NCBI GenBank assembly: GCA_043747955.1
Contig: JAYTOF010000159.1
Span: forward strand, 1 to 63,038
DNA from: Chitinophagaceae bacterium
GTDB lineage: Bacteria; Bacteroidota; Bacteroidia; Chitinophagales; Chitinophagaceae
Direction of reading: 5' to 3'
Length of the DNA: 63,038 bases
Shown: positions 10,476-20,718 of the stretch, one piece after another
How positions within the stretch are numbered: position 1 is the first letter of the stretch
How the letters are laid out: every line of letters starts with the position of its first letter
The notes under the pieces: model-generated
Told to the model about the DNA's origin: nothing
Seen by the model: only the letters and a program-made list of their open reading frames with translations
The model's database searches: none
Position numbers and translations under genes: made by a program

Positions 10476-11987
10476 ATGAATCGTATATCTTATTTTCTTT
10501 TTCTATTATTTATTCTGGTTCCGGCCGCCATTATGGCCCAAACTATACACTATTCTGATTTTGACCGGGAAGATGACCGTGACATTAATTTTGAGATCAT
10601 AGGGAAAATGAATAATAAGATATTGGTGTATAAAAATGTGAGGTGGAAACATAAGATTTCTGTTTATGATAATACCATGAAAAACCTGGAGACAATTAAA
10701 ATTGATTTTATTCCCGAAAAGACGTTCAATTTTGATTTTGTTATCTATCCTGATTTTTTTTACATGATCTATCAATATCAGAAAAAAAATATTCTTTATT
10801 GCATGGCTGTAAAAATGGATGATAACGGAAAAAAAATAGGAGAACCTGTTGAGATTGATACTTCCCGGATATCGACTCTTGCAGATAATAAAATATATAC
10901 AGCAATCAGCAGTGAAGACAGGCAAAAGATAATGCTTTTTAAAATTCAAGCCAGGTATCAAAAAATGAGTATGGTAACATTGTTATTTGATAACCAACTG
11001 CGCCTGATAAAAAAGAGCCGGGAACTGAAAGAGTATAATGACAGAAAAGAAAACTATGATAACTTTTCTGTTGCAAACGATGGAAGTTTTGTTTTTACGT
11101 ATGATAAACAAACAAACAACCGGGAAAACAGTAACGAATTGAGTCTTGTAATAAAAGCACCGTTAGCAGATGAATTTGTTTATCACAAAATAGAATTGGA
11201 TAAAAAATATATCGACGAATTGAATCTTAAAATTGATAATTTAAATAACCGCTATATCCTGAATACATTCTTTTATAATAAATACAGGGGAAATATTGAG
11301 GGGCTGTTTACTTATATTTGGGATAATGGGCGTGTAGGAAAATATGCAGCTGAATTTGCTGAATTATATGATACTTTGCGTTACGAAGCAAAAAAAGACG
11401 GCCAGTTACGTTTTGCGTTTAATAATTTTTTAATCAGGCAGGTTGTTGTTAAAAGAGACGGAGGTTTTATTCTTACTGCAGAAGATTTCAGCTCCCAAAC
11501 AAGGGGCTACAATGATACCTACAACCGCTGGGATTATCTAAATAACCCTAATTCTTTGTATTCCAACTCTTATTATTATAATCCGTATTATGGATATTAC
11601 AGACCCCGGAACAGTTATTTCAATCAGAGCGTAAGGTATTATGCCGAAAACATTGTTGTATTCAGTATCAGTAAAGAGGGTAAAAATGAGTGGAGCAAAG
11701 TGATTCAGAAAGATCAGTTTGATGATGATGATGATAATTTTCTATCTTTTTCAACTATGAATTCGGGGGGTGAAATACATTATTTATTTAATGGTGATAA
11801 AAAAAATCAAATTATTTCTGATCAAAGCCTTTTGCCCGATGGAACCATAAAAAGAAACCCTACACTTAAAAGCAGGGAAAAAGGATATGCATTTATGCCT
11901 AGGCTGAGTAAACAGGTTGGGGCTAGCCAAATTATTGTTCCCTGTACGTACAGGGGATTTATTTGTTTTGCTAAAATTGATTTTTAA
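10476..11987 (+). CDS. Secreted hypothetical protein
   Basis: 503-aa ORF with signal peptide (..AIMA-Q), Tyr/Asn-rich segment, C-terminal aromatic residue. Confidence 0.75.
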   Translation: MNRISYFLFLLFILVPAAIMAQTIHYSDFDREDDRDINFEIIGKMNNKILVYKNVRWKHKISVYDNTMKNLETIKIDFIPEKTFNFDFVIYPDFFYMIYQYQKKNILYCMAVKMDDNGKKIGEPVEIDTSRISTLADNKIYTAISSEDRQKIMLFKIQARYQKMSMVTLLFDNQLRLIKKSRELKEYNDRKENYDNFSVANDGSFVFTYDKQTNNRENSNELSLVIKAPLADEFVYHKIELDKKYIDELNLKIDNLNNRYILNTFFYNKYRGNIEGLFTYIWDNGRVGKYAAEFAELYDTLRYEAKKDGQLRFAFNNFLIRQVVVKRDGGFILTAEDFSSQTRGYNDTYNRWDYLNNPNSLYSNSYYYNPYYGYYRPRNSYFNQSVRYYAENIVVFSISKEGKNEWSKVIQKDQFDDDDDNFLSFSTMNSGGEIHYLFNGDKKNQIISDQSLLPDGTIKRNPTLKSREKGYAFMPRLSKQVGASQIIVPCTYRGFICFAKIDF

Positions 11988-12077
11988 TGAGCTGAAAATA
12001 CAAACAGTTTTCACCGGTTAACAATAATTGCTCATTTTTGCAAAAGCAATATATTACTAACTACCAATTATTTTTCA

Positions 12078-13055
12078 GTGACAGGTATTTTTAAAGCCAA
12101 TAATCCGTATAACAATTTTTTGCTTTTACTATATGGCTTAATTTTAAAACTGCCGGTATTTTTACACCCAACAACGCCTCAACCCAGGCAAACCGATGGT
12201 TTTTTATACAGGGAATTATTAAAACTGTTGCAATCAATAGGCATCGGTTTCCCGCTTGTTTATCCGGTAGTTGCATTTGTTCTTTTATATTCCCAGGCTG
12301 TATCTTTCAATAAACTGGCGAATGATCAGCGTATTATGCAACGTCCCAATTATCTTACCGGTATGAGTTACCTGCTCATCACCTCCCTGTTTATGGAGTG
12401 GAATATATTATCGGCCCCGCTTATCATTAATAGCCTGCTTATCTGGGTTTGGGCAAAAATGAGTGGCCTGTATAATGATCAAAATCCAAAATCTTCATTA
12501 TTCAATATATGTATAGCAATCGGGGTTTCCACATTCTTTTATTTTCCATCTTTGGCCTTTGCAGCGCTGATCATTTTCGGATTGGCAATTACCAGGCCTT
12601 TCAAACCTGCTGAATGGCTGATCACTTTATTCGGGATCATTACACCCTATTATTTTTTGCTCGCCATCGTTTTTATAACAGATAAATGGAAAGGCTATCA
12701 ATTTCCGGGTTTTGCCATAACAACCCCGGTTTTTAACCAAACACAATGGGCATATGCCGCCATTATTATCATTTTATTCACTTCTGTTGTGGGTATATTT
12801 TTTATTCAGCAAAATTTCAGACGCCAGCTGATTCAGGCCCGAAAAAGCTGGAACCTGGTTTTTTTATACTTAATGGTTGCCATATTTGTACCCTTTATTA
12901 ATGAAACACATACTTTTGATTATTGGATATTATGTGCTGTACCATTGTCAGCATTCTTAGGAGCAGCTTTTTTATATCCTTCTAAAAACTGGTTTCCTAC
13001 CCTGTTACATTGGTTATTGGCTGCTTTTGTAATTGTTATAAGCTACTTCGTCTGA
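12078..13055 (+). CDS. Polytopic membrane protein (DUF6427-like)
   Basis: GTG start, about 10 hydrophobic segments; family assignment from recall only. Confidence 0.6.
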   Translation: MTGIFKANNPYNNFLLLLYGLILKLPVFLHPTTPQPRQTDGFLYRELLKLLQSIGIGFPLVYPVVAFVLLYSQAVSFNKLANDQRIMQRPNYLTGMSYLLITSLFMEWNILSAPLIINSLLIWVWAKMSGLYNDQNPKSSLFNICIAIGVSTFFYFPSLAFAALIIFGLAITRPFKPAEWLITLFGIITPYYFLLAIVFITDKWKGYQFPGFAITTPVFNQTQWAYAAIIIILFTSVVGIFFIQQNFRRQLIQARKSWNLVFLYLMVAIFVPFINETHTFDYWILCAVPLSAFLGAAFLYPSKNWFPTLLHWLLAAFVIVISYFV

Positions 13056-13134
13056 TAATTGAAATCGTAATAGTACATTTGTACTTTATTGACTTTTTAG
13101 TAACCGGCATCAAAGCATTAATCAGCATTTATAC

Positions 13135-13806
13135 ATGAAATTTGGCGTAGTAGTTTTCCCCGGCAGTAATTGCGACAGCGACATGATTGAAGCCCTGCAG
13201 CATAATTTGCAGCAGGAAGTAATTCAGCTTTGGCATAAAGACAAAGATATCAGTACGTTTAGCCTCAACGATTGTATTGTATTGCCCGGCGGTTTTAGTT
13301 ATGGTGATTACCTGCGTTGTGGGGCTATTGCAAGATTTAGTCCTATGATGCAAAGTGTAATAGAATTTGCAAATAAAGGAGGTAAAGTTTTAGGTGTTTG
13401 CAATGGTTTTCAGATCTTATGTGAGAGTGGACTACTGCCCGGTGTTTTATTACGCAACAGTCAGCAGCAATTTGTTTGTAAAAATATTTTCATGAAAGAA
13501 GCTTCCGCTCAGGGAGGTATTGCTTTAAAAATTCCGGTGGCACATGGGGAAGGCAGATATTTTGCAAATGCTTCAACCCTGGAGGAACTGGAAATGAACC
13601 GCCAGATCATTTACCGTTATTGTGATGAAAAAGGAAATATAAATTCAGCAGCCAATCCAAATGGCGCTGTTCATAATATAGCTGGTATTTGTAATAAAGA
13701 AAGAAATGTATTTGGTATGATGCCACACCCCGAAAGAGCCTGTAGTAAAGCATTAGGCAACCAGGACGGCAAAAATGTATTCAACCACCTGTTTGGAATA
13801 AATTAA
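13135..13806 (+). CDS. purQ: Phosphoribosylformylglycinamidine synthase subunit PurQ
   Basis: [37 protein letters not shown]. Confidence 0.97.
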   Translation: MKFGVVVFPGSNCDSDMIEALQHNLQQEVIQLWHKDKDISTFSLNDCIVLPGGFSYGDYLRCGAIARFSPMMQSVIEFANKGGKVLGVCNGFQILCESGLLPGVLLRNSQQQFVCKNIFMKEASAQGGIALKIPVAHGEGRYFANASTLEELEMNRQIIYRYCDEKGNINSAANPNGAVHNIAGICNKERNVFGMMPHPERACSKALGNQDGKNVFNHLFGIN

Positions 13807-13888
13807 CAGTAATTAGGGTTAAAAAGGTCTTTTAACTGACATGTGGCCTAACTATAAATCCGTAATTTTGAGTATGAAAAAATTATAC

Positions 13889-14344
13889 ATGAAAAAACTT
13901 ATACCGGTTTTATTTTTAATGATACCTGCTTTTTCAGGCAATGCCCAGATAAATAATCCGGTAACCTGGTCCTACACCGCGAAAAAAATTGCCGATAAGA
14001 CCTATGAGTTGCATTTGACCGCAACCATTGAAGGTAACTGGCATTTATATGCACAGGATGCAGGAAAAGGCCCGGAACCAACAACTATAAATTTTTCACC
14101 AAACCCTTTGCTAACCTTTGATGGGAAAGTGAAAGAGATAGGAAAAATGGAGAAGTCTTATGATAAGAATTTTAATTCTGTTTTAAAATTCTTTGCTAAA
14201 AAAGTCGACTTTGTTCAAAAAGTGAAAGTAAAGTCTTCTGTGGCTACGGTTGTAAAAGGAACCATAAATTTTATGGTATGTAACGACAGGCAATGTTTGC
14301 CTCCGCGGGATGTTCCGTTTACCATAAATGTTGGTGGAAAATAA
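13889..14344 (+). CDS. DsbD N-terminal-domain (disulfide interchange) protein
   Basis: Signal peptide MKKLIPVLFL..NA-Q; GNWHLYA and MVCNDRQCLPP (CxxxxC); TAnnTTTG at 13863 argues for this start rather than 13841. Confidence 0.8.
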   Translation: MKKLIPVLFLMIPAFSGNAQINNPVTWSYTAKKIADKTYELHLTATIEGNWHLYAQDAGKGPEPTTINFSPNPLLTFDGKVKEIGKMEKSYDKNFNSVLKFFAKKVDFVQKVKVKSSVATVVKGTINFMVCNDRQCLPPRDVPFTINVGGK

Positions 14345-14402
14345 AACTGCTTTATAATATTCCCCGAAATAACCTGTCGGGATTTTTTTTAAATAAAACA
14401 TT

Positions 14403-16367
14403 ATGCTTTCAAAAAAGGTAGTTTCAATACTCATCTTGGTTCTTTTTCTTTTTCAATTTTCAGGTATAGCACAGGATTCATCTGCTGTTGCCTGGGCGGC
14501 AACCGGAAAAAAAATCGCTGAAGGCCAATATGAAATTCAACTTAAAGGAACTATTAAAACCGGTTGGCATATATATGCTAAAACAAATACTTTTGCCGGC
14601 CTGGAAGGGTTAAAAATTACTTTTTCAGATTCAGCCATACAAAAGAATGGCAGCCAGTTATTAACAGGTAATTTTATAACAATTTCCGATAAAATTTTCG
14701 AGACTCAGGTTGAGGTTGCAGTCCAAAACATTGTTGTTGTTCAGCAAATTAATTTACCCGGTGTCGTACCTTCTAAACTGAAAGCTGTATTACTTTATAA
14801 CACAGCAGGTAACGATTCCTTTTTTCCGGAAGAAAAAAGAATTGAAATTGAAATGAAAGGGGGCATTGATATGTCATCTTCCAACAGGATATTAATACCA
14901 ACAATTGATTTAAAAAATCCTGTAAATACCTGTGGTGGCACAGGTATTACAGCAGAAGAATCTGGGTCAGGCGGTTTATTAACCATTTTCTTGCTGGGTT
15001 TTCTGGGTGGTTTGGTGGCTTTAATTACCCCTTGTGTTTTTCCAATGATCCCTTTAACGGTTTCATTCTTTACTAAAAAAGCAGTAACAAAAAAGAAAGG
15101 TATTTTCAATGCATCACTTTATGGTTTTTTTATTTTCCTAATTTATATTCTTCTTAGTGTACCCTTTTATTTTATTGACAGTGCCAGCCCTGAGATTTTA
15201 AATTCTGTATCTACTAATCCCTGGCTTAACGTTTCCTTTTTTGCCATATTTATCATTTTTGCTTTATCCTTTTTTGGTTTATACGAAATAACATTGCCCG
15301 GAAGCTTTTCAGGAAAAGCAGATTCTAAGGCAGGCACCGGAAATATTATAGGTATATTTTTCATGGCTCTTACATTGGCCATTGTTTCTTTCTCCTGTAC
15401 AGGCCCTATTTTAGGATCATTATTAGTGGGTTCATTAACGGGGGGGGCGGTTCAGTTAACCATTGGTATGGGAGGTTTTGGGCTGGCCCTGGCATTACCT
15501 TTTGCCTTATTTGCCTTATTCCCAAACTGGTTAAACTCTCTTCCAAAATCCGGCGGCTGGTTAAATTCGGTAAAAGTTGTTTTGGGTTTTATTGAAATAG
15601 CGCTTGCCATTAAGTTTTTATCCAATGCCGACCTGGTACAGCATTGGGGAATATTAAAAAGAGAAGTATTTATCATCATATGGATTTTAGTTGGCGTAGG
15701 AATTACTTTATACCTGCTGGGTAAATTAAAATTCCCCCACGACAGTCCGGTAAAAAATCTCAGTAAGGCAAGAGTTGTGCTGGCCATTATATTCGGGGCT
15801 TTTACCATTTATTTAATTCCGGGTGTAACTAATACAAAATGGGCAAACCTTACTTTGATCAGTGGTTTTCCGCCACCCTTATATTACAGCATTTATCAAA
15901 CAGACAGTGAATGTATTTTAGGATTGAATTGTTCTCATGATTATGAAGAAGGGTTGGCAAAAGCAAAAGCAGAAGGCAAACCGGTTCTTTTAGATTTTAC
16001 AGGCTATGCCTGCGTTAACTGCCGGCGTATGGAAGAAAATGTATGGAGTGATGCAGAAGTATTTAAGATCATGAAAGAAAAATATGTAGTTATATCGCTG
16101 TACGTTGATGATAAGAAAAAACTACCTGCGGCAAAACAATTTACATACACCAGCAAAGAAGGTATTGAAAAGGAGATCATAACCATTGGAAACAAATGGG
16201 CAACATTTGAAACAGAGAATTTTAAGAATAATGCACAACCGCTTTATGCCATTTTAAATTCAGGTGAGATTTTACTGAACAACCCGGTTGGCTATACCCC
16301 TAACATAAAAGAATATAAAGACTGGTTGCTTTGCGGCCTTGAAGCTTTTGAAAAGAAAAATAAATAA
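14403..16367 (+). CDS. dsbD: Thiol:disulfide interchange protein DsbD
   Basis: TPCVFPMIP and SFSCTGP membrane cysteines; C-terminal thioredoxin DFTGYACVNCRRME. Confidence 0.9.
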   Translation: MLSKKVVSILILVLFLFQFSGIAQDSSAVAWAATGKKIAEGQYEIQLKGTIKTGWHIYAKTNTFAGLEGLKITFSDSAIQKNGSQLLTGNFITISDKIFETQVEVAVQNIVVVQQINLPGVVPSKLKAVLLYNTAGNDSFFPEEKRIEIEMKGGIDMSSSNRILIPTIDLKNPVNTCGGTGITAEESGSGGLLTIFLLGFLGGLVALITPCVFPMIPLTVSFFTKKAVTKKKGIFNASLYGFFIFLIYILLSVPFYFIDSASPEILNSVSTNPWLNVSFFAIFIIFALSFFGLYEITLPGSFSGKADSKAGTGNIIGIFFMALTLAIVSFSCTGPILGSLLVGSLTGGAVQLTIGMGGFGLALALPFALFALFPNWLNSLPKSGGWLNSVKVVLGFIEIALAIKFLSNADLVQHWGILKREVFIIIWILVGVGITLYLLGKLKFPHDSPVKNLSKARVVLAIIFGAFTIYLIPGVTNTKWANLTLISGFPPPLYYSIYQTDSECILGLNCSHDYEEGLAKAKAEGKPVLLDFTGYACVNCRRMEENVWSDAEVFKIMKEKYVVISLYVDDKKKLPAAKQFTYTSKEGIEKEIITIGNKWATFETENFKNNAQPLYAILNSGEILLNNPVGYTPNIKEYKDWLLCGLEAFEKKNK

Positions 16368-16389
16368 ACTATAAAAGTATCAGCAATAA

Positions 16390-16418
16390 AAAAACCTCCG
16401 TTAATTCCGGAGGTTTTT
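16390..16418. terminator. Bidirectional intrinsic terminator between dsbD and sigma gene
   Basis: AAAAACCTCCG-ttaattc-CGGAGGTTTTT perfect inverted repeat between convergent genes. Confidence 0.85.
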
Positions 16419-16441
16419 AATTTGTGTTTGGGAGTTACAGA

Positions 16442-16477
16442 TTTCTCCTTCCCCTTTTGAAGAAGGTTGGTATTAGG
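16442..16477 (+). repeat. Degenerate copy of 36-nt hairpin/G-tail element
   Basis: tttctccttccccttttgaagaaggttggtattagg aligns without gaps to 41601-41636 (24/36 identical). Confidence 0.55.
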
Positions 16478-17059
16478 TTATAATGCTATTTGTTTTTCAG
16501 TCATCATTTTACGCAGGTTTATTAAACCATAACGCATACGGCCTAAAGCAGTATTAATGCTGCAACTGGTTAATTCTGCTATTTCTTTAAAACTCAGATC
16601 GGCATAGTGGCGCAAAATAATTACTTCCCGTTGGTCTTCTGGCAGCATATCAACCATCTTTCTTACCCTGTCGTGGCTTTGGTTACTCATCATTTTTTGA
16701 TCAGCACCGGGTTCAGAAAAATTAAGTACTTCAAAAATATCACGGTCGTCGCTGGTTTTAATAGCCGGAGTACGCTTTACTTTTCTAAAATGATCTACAC
16801 ACATATTGTGTGCAATGCGCATGGCCCAGGGTAAAAATTTGCCTTCGTCAGTGTATCGGCCACCTTTTAAAGTGTCAATTATACGGATAAAGACATCCTG
16901 GAAAATATCTTCAGCCAGGTACTTGTCTTTTACCAGTAAATAAATAGAGGTGAAAATCTTGTCCTTGTAACGCAAAACAATGGTTGCAAGGGCATTGGCA
17001 TCCCCATCCATATATAAATGGATAAGTTGTTGGTCGGTTAAGTTGTTAAGGCATTTCAT
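16478..17059 (-). CDS. RNA polymerase sigma-70 factor, ECF subfamily
   Basis: AEDIFQDVF..WAMRIAHN..DHFRK (region 2); LPEDQREV..LSFKEIAE..SINTALGRMRY (region 4). Confidence 0.92.
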   Translation of the reverse strand: MKCLNNLTDQQLIHLYMDGDANALATIVLRYKDKIFTSIYLLVKDKYLAEDIFQDVFIRIIDTLKGGRYTDEGKFLPWAMRIAHNMCVDHFRKVKRTPAIKTSDDRDIFEVLNFSEPGADQKMMSNQSHDRVRKMVDMLPEDQREVIILRHYADLSFKEIAELTSCSINTALGRMRYGLINLRKMMTEKQIAL

Positions 17060-17382
17060 AAACTTCTACAGTTTTAGATTGTTAGGATTTTAGTAACAGG
17101 TCCAAAAAGGGTGAAAATGCGTAGAAGTCTACCAGATAGGCTTTTTGGCTTTTCATTTTTTTGGATATTGGACTGTAAAAATAAAAGATGTTTTTAAAAT
17201 AGTATGAGTACTAGTGCTTAATCTTAAAAGTTTTTTTACTTAGTAAAACTACGATACCGGTAATACACTTATACCATACATATAAAACTACAATTTGTTT
17301 TTACACCTTATTCAGTGACCATGAGCTTTAAGAATAATTTCACATATTCAGTGTAACATAATTAATGTAAGTATTTTTGGGT

Positions 17383-20262
17383 ATGGTAACTGTAAAAACA
17401 AAACAAAAGGAAGTAATTATATCCAATAAAACAGGTATTTATATAAAAGGGGCAAGGGTTCATAACCTGAAAAATGTGGATGTTACAATTCCCCGCAATA
17501 AATTAATAGTTGTAACCGGTGTTTCCGGTTCGGGCAAATCATCGCTTACAATTGATACATTATTTGCCGAAGGCCAGCGTCGTTATGCCGAAAGCCTTAG
17601 TGCCTATGCCCGTCAGTTTATGCAGCGAATGAATAAACCGGATGTAGATTATATAAAAGGGTTATGCCCGGCAATTGCCATTGAACAGAAAGTAATTACC
17701 CGCACACCCAGAAGTACAGTGGGAAGTATGACAGAAATATATGATTACCTGCGGCTGTTATTTGCCAGGGCAGGTAAAACAATTTCACCGGTGAGCGGCA
17801 GGGAAGTTAAAAAGGATGATGTTGCAGATGTGGTAAAAGCTATTGAAAATTTACCGGAAGGCGATAAGGTATTGTTATTGGTTACTTTTAAACAACATGC
17901 AAAACGTAATATAAAAGAAGAGCTGAATATATTATTGCAGAAAGGTTTTTCAAGGCTGTATTTGCTTAAAGAAATAATAAGAATAGAAGAACTGCTGGAA
18001 CCGGAAAAGAAAATCAGCATCAATAAACAGGATACAGTTTATCTTTTAGTAGACAGATTGGTAGTGAAACAATTTGATGAAGACGATAAACACAGGATTG
18101 CAGATTCTGTAAATACTGCTTTTTATGAAGGGGAAGGTGAAATGTATATAGAAGTAAATAATGATAAACTGCATCATTTCTCCAATAAATTTGAAGCGGA
18201 TGGAATTTTGTTTGAAGAACCGGTACCCAATTTATTTTCATTTAACAATCCTTTCGGTGCCTGTCCAACCTGCGAAGGATTTTCACAGATACTGGGTATT
18301 GACCCGGACCTGATCATCCCCGATAAAAGCTTAAGTGTGTTTGAAGGAGCCGTTGCCCCCTGGAAAGGAGAGAAGCTTGGTTTATGGAAAGAACAATTTA
18401 TTAAAGCTGCCAGGAAATTTGATTTCCCCATTCATAAACCAATTATTGATTTAACGGAGCAACAATCGGCTGCATTATGGGAAGGTAATGAGTACACCCG
18501 GGGGATCAATGATTTTTTTAAAGAGGTGCAACAGAATTTATATAAAGTACAATACCGTGTTTTATTAAGCCGGTATCGTGGTCGCACTTTATGTACATCC
18601 TGTAAGGGTTACCGCCTGCGTGATGAAGCATTGTATGTAAAAGTGGGGAGCAAACATATCGGACAGTTATGTCAGCTTCCGGTAAAGGATCTATACACCT
18701 GGTTCGAAAAATTAAAACTAAGTGAATATGATCAGCAGGTGGCAAAAAGAATATTAACCGAAATTCGAAACCGTATTAAAACCCTGTTGGATGTCGGGCT
18801 TGGCTATTTAACCTTAAACCGGCTGGCTAATTCTTTAAGTGGTGGCGAAAGCCAGCGTATACAGTTAACCCGAAGCCTGGGAAGTAATTTGACTAATTCA
18901 TTATACATTTTAGATGAACCATCTATTGGTTTGCACAGCCGTGATACAGAAAGATTAATAAAAGTTTTAAAAGAATTGAGAGACCTCGGGAATACGGTTG
19001 TGGTAGTGGAGCATGATGAAATGATGATGCGGGAAGCAGATCATATTATTGATATGGGCCCATTGGCAAGCCATTTGGGTGGCGAAGTGGTTGCAGAAGG
19101 CGATTATGATGAAATAATTAATAATACTGAAAGCTTAACCGGTAAATATTTATCAGGTGAATTAAAAATTGAGCCACCCAAACAGGTTCGGACATGGAAC
19201 CGCTCTGTAAAACTGGAAGGAGCCAGGCAGCATAATTTAAAAAACCTGTCGGTAGAATTTCCATTACAGGTTTTTTGTGTGGTCACCGGTGTTAGCGGTA
19301 GTGGCAAAACAACATTGGTAAAACAAATTCTTTATCCTGCCCTGCAGAAATTGAAAGGTGAATTTATAGAAAAAGCAGGTTTGCATAAATCCATAGGCGG
19401 AGAGGTGGATCAAATTGCACAAATTGAAATGGTTGATCAAAATCCAATTGGAAAATCCTCAAGGAGCAATCCTGTAACCTATATTAAAGCCTATGATGAA
19501 ATAAGAGACCTCTACAGCAAACAGCCGTTAAGTAAAATGCGGGGATTTATGCCCAAACATTTTTCATTTAATGTGGATGGTGGCAGGTGCGATGCATGCA
19601 AAGGTGAAGGAGAACAAACCATTGAAATGCAGTTTTTGGCAGATGTTCATCTAACCTGTGATGTTTGTGGCGGCAAACGTTTTAAAGAAGAAGTGCTGGA
19701 AGTAAAATACAAAGACAAAAGCATTTACGATCTACTCGATATGAGTGTTGATGAAGCGATAGAATTTTTCTCTTCCTCTTTTGGGGGTTACCGGGATGAC
19801 CGAAGGGAAGGTATGAAGTTGGGGGAGGGGGATGACATTGCAAAAAAATTACAGCCATTATGCGATGTGGGATTGGGTTATGTAAAACTGGGACAGTCAT
19901 CTGATACATTGTCCGGTGGTGAAGCACAAAGGGTAAAACTGGCTTCATTTTTAGGAAAGCCTCCCCGGATGGCCCGGTCAGATGCTGGCAAATCACAGGG
20001 AACTATCTTATTTATTTTTGATGAGCCAACTACGGGACTGCATTTTCACGACATCAAAAAATTACTGGCTTCCTTTAATGCCTTAATTGAACAGGGACAC
20101 TCAATACTGGTTATCGAACACAATACCGATGTAATAAAATCTGCTGATTGGGTAATTGATCTCGGCCCGGAAGCAGGTGATGCCGGTGGTAATCTTGTAT
20201 TTGCCGGTAAGCCGCAGGATTTAAAAAAATGTAAGGAAAGTTACACGGGTAAGTTTTTATAA
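17383..20262 (+). CDS. uvrA: Excinuclease ABC subunit A, carrying two in-frame repeat-derived insertions
   Basis: Two GVSGSGK Walker A motifs, zinc fingers (CPTC/CTSC, CDAC/CDVC), LSGGE signatures, DEP Walker B; ATG 17383 preferred to TTG 17377. Confidence 0.96.
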   Translation: MVTVKTKQKEVIISNKTGIYIKGARVHNLKNVDVTIPRNKLIVVTGVSGSGKSSLTIDTLFAEGQRRYAESLSAYARQFMQRMNKPDVDYIKGLCPAIAIEQKVITRTPRSTVGSMTEIYDYLRLLFARAGKTISPVSGREVKKDDVADVVKAIENLPEGDKVLLLVTFKQHAKRNIKEELNILLQKGFSRLYLLKEIIRIEELLEPEKKISINKQDTVYLLVDRLVVKQFDEDDKHRIADSVNTAFYEGEGEMYIEVNNDKLHHFSNKFEADGILFEEPVPNLFSFNNPFGACPTCEGFSQILGIDPDLIIPDKSLSVFEGAVAPWKGEKLGLWKEQFIKAARKFDFPIHKPIIDLTEQQSAALWEGNEYTRGINDFFKEVQQNLYKVQYRVLLSRYRGRTLCTSCKGYRLRDEALYVKVGSKHIGQLCQLPVKDLYTWFEKLKLSEYDQQVAKRILTEIRNRIKTLLDVGLGYLTLNRLANSLSGGESQRIQLTRSLGSNLTNSLYILDEPSIGLHSRDTERLIKVLKELRDLGNTVVVVEHDEMMMREADHIIDMGPLASHLGGEVVAEGDYDEIINNTESLTGKYLSGELKIEPPKQVRTWNRSVKLEGARQHNLKNLSVEFPLQVFCVVTGVSGSGKTTLVKQILYPALQKLKGEFIEKAGLHKSIGGEVDQIAQIEMVDQNPIGKSSRSNPVTYIKAYDEIRDLYSKQPLSKMRGFMPKHFSFNVDGGRCDACKGEGEQTIEMQFLADVHLTCDVCGGKRFKEEVLEVKYKDKSIYDLLDMSVDEAIEFFSSSFGGYRDDRREGMKLGEGDDIAKKLQPLCDVGLGYVKLGQSSDTLSGGEAQRVKLASFLGKPPRMARSDAGKSQGTILFIFDEPTTGLHFHDIKKLLASFNALIEQGHSILVIEHNTDVIKSADWVIDLGPEAGDAGGNLVFAGKPQDLKKCKESYTGKFL
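19771..19830 (+). repeat. Compound GC-rich in-frame insertion in uvrA
   Basis: 22 aa lie between EFF and IAKKL where canonical UvrA has about 5; purine/G-rich DNA atypical of flanking codon usage. Confidence 0.6.
19960..19986 (+). repeat. 27-nt in-frame element (PPRMARSDA) in uvrA
   Basis: cctccccggatggcccggtcagatgct; 15/27 identical to and in the same frame as the 27-nt insert in GH65. Confidence 0.65.
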
Positions 20263-20292
20263 TATTATCATTAAAAATTTTATTTCTTGAAT

Positions 20293-20703
20293 TTATCTAA
20301 GCCGGTCACTGTCCTTTACAAGTTTTTCATCTTTATTAATTGCCCGGGCTGCCAGGAAAAATGCCAGTACAATAATACTATGCAGAATGGAAGTTAAAGA
20401 AAGTGTACCACCTGAAAATGTAGCTACTTCACGGTAATATAAAAAGATCAGCAGTGCTTCCATCAAAATACCCAGTACAGAAAACCTTAACTGCAACGTT
20501 CTTTTTTTAAAAAGAAAAATCGTAACTAAGGCCAGTCCACCTACAACAATTGTAGATAACATCAGCAAAAAATTTTCTGTTGCATTTAATTCATAAGGTG
20601 CCAGGCCCTTTGCATTTGTACCGCTGTAAAAAGGAAATTTAAATCCGGCAAATGCACAGGCTGCTGCCAGTAATAACCAAAGTGATTGAATGCGTTGTAT
20701 CAT
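20293..20703 (-). CDS. DUF4293-family membrane protein
   Basis: MIQRIQSLWL N-terminus and KDEKLVKDSDRLR C-terminus, 4 TM. Confidence 0.8.
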   Translation of the reverse strand: MIQRIQSLWLLLAAACAFAGFKFPFYSGTNAKGLAPYELNATENFLLMLSTIVVGGLALVTIFLFKKRTLQLRFSVLGILMEALLIFLYYREVATFSGGTLSLTSILHSIIVLAFFLAARAINKDEKLVKDSDRLR

Positions 20704-20718
20704 AAAGATCAGTTTTAA

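Noticed and set aside
13501-13518. GC-rich mini-hairpin gcttccgctcagggaggt in a variable region of purQ
   Set aside because: It is too short and imperfect to assign to the repeat families, and PurQ is not longer than usual here.
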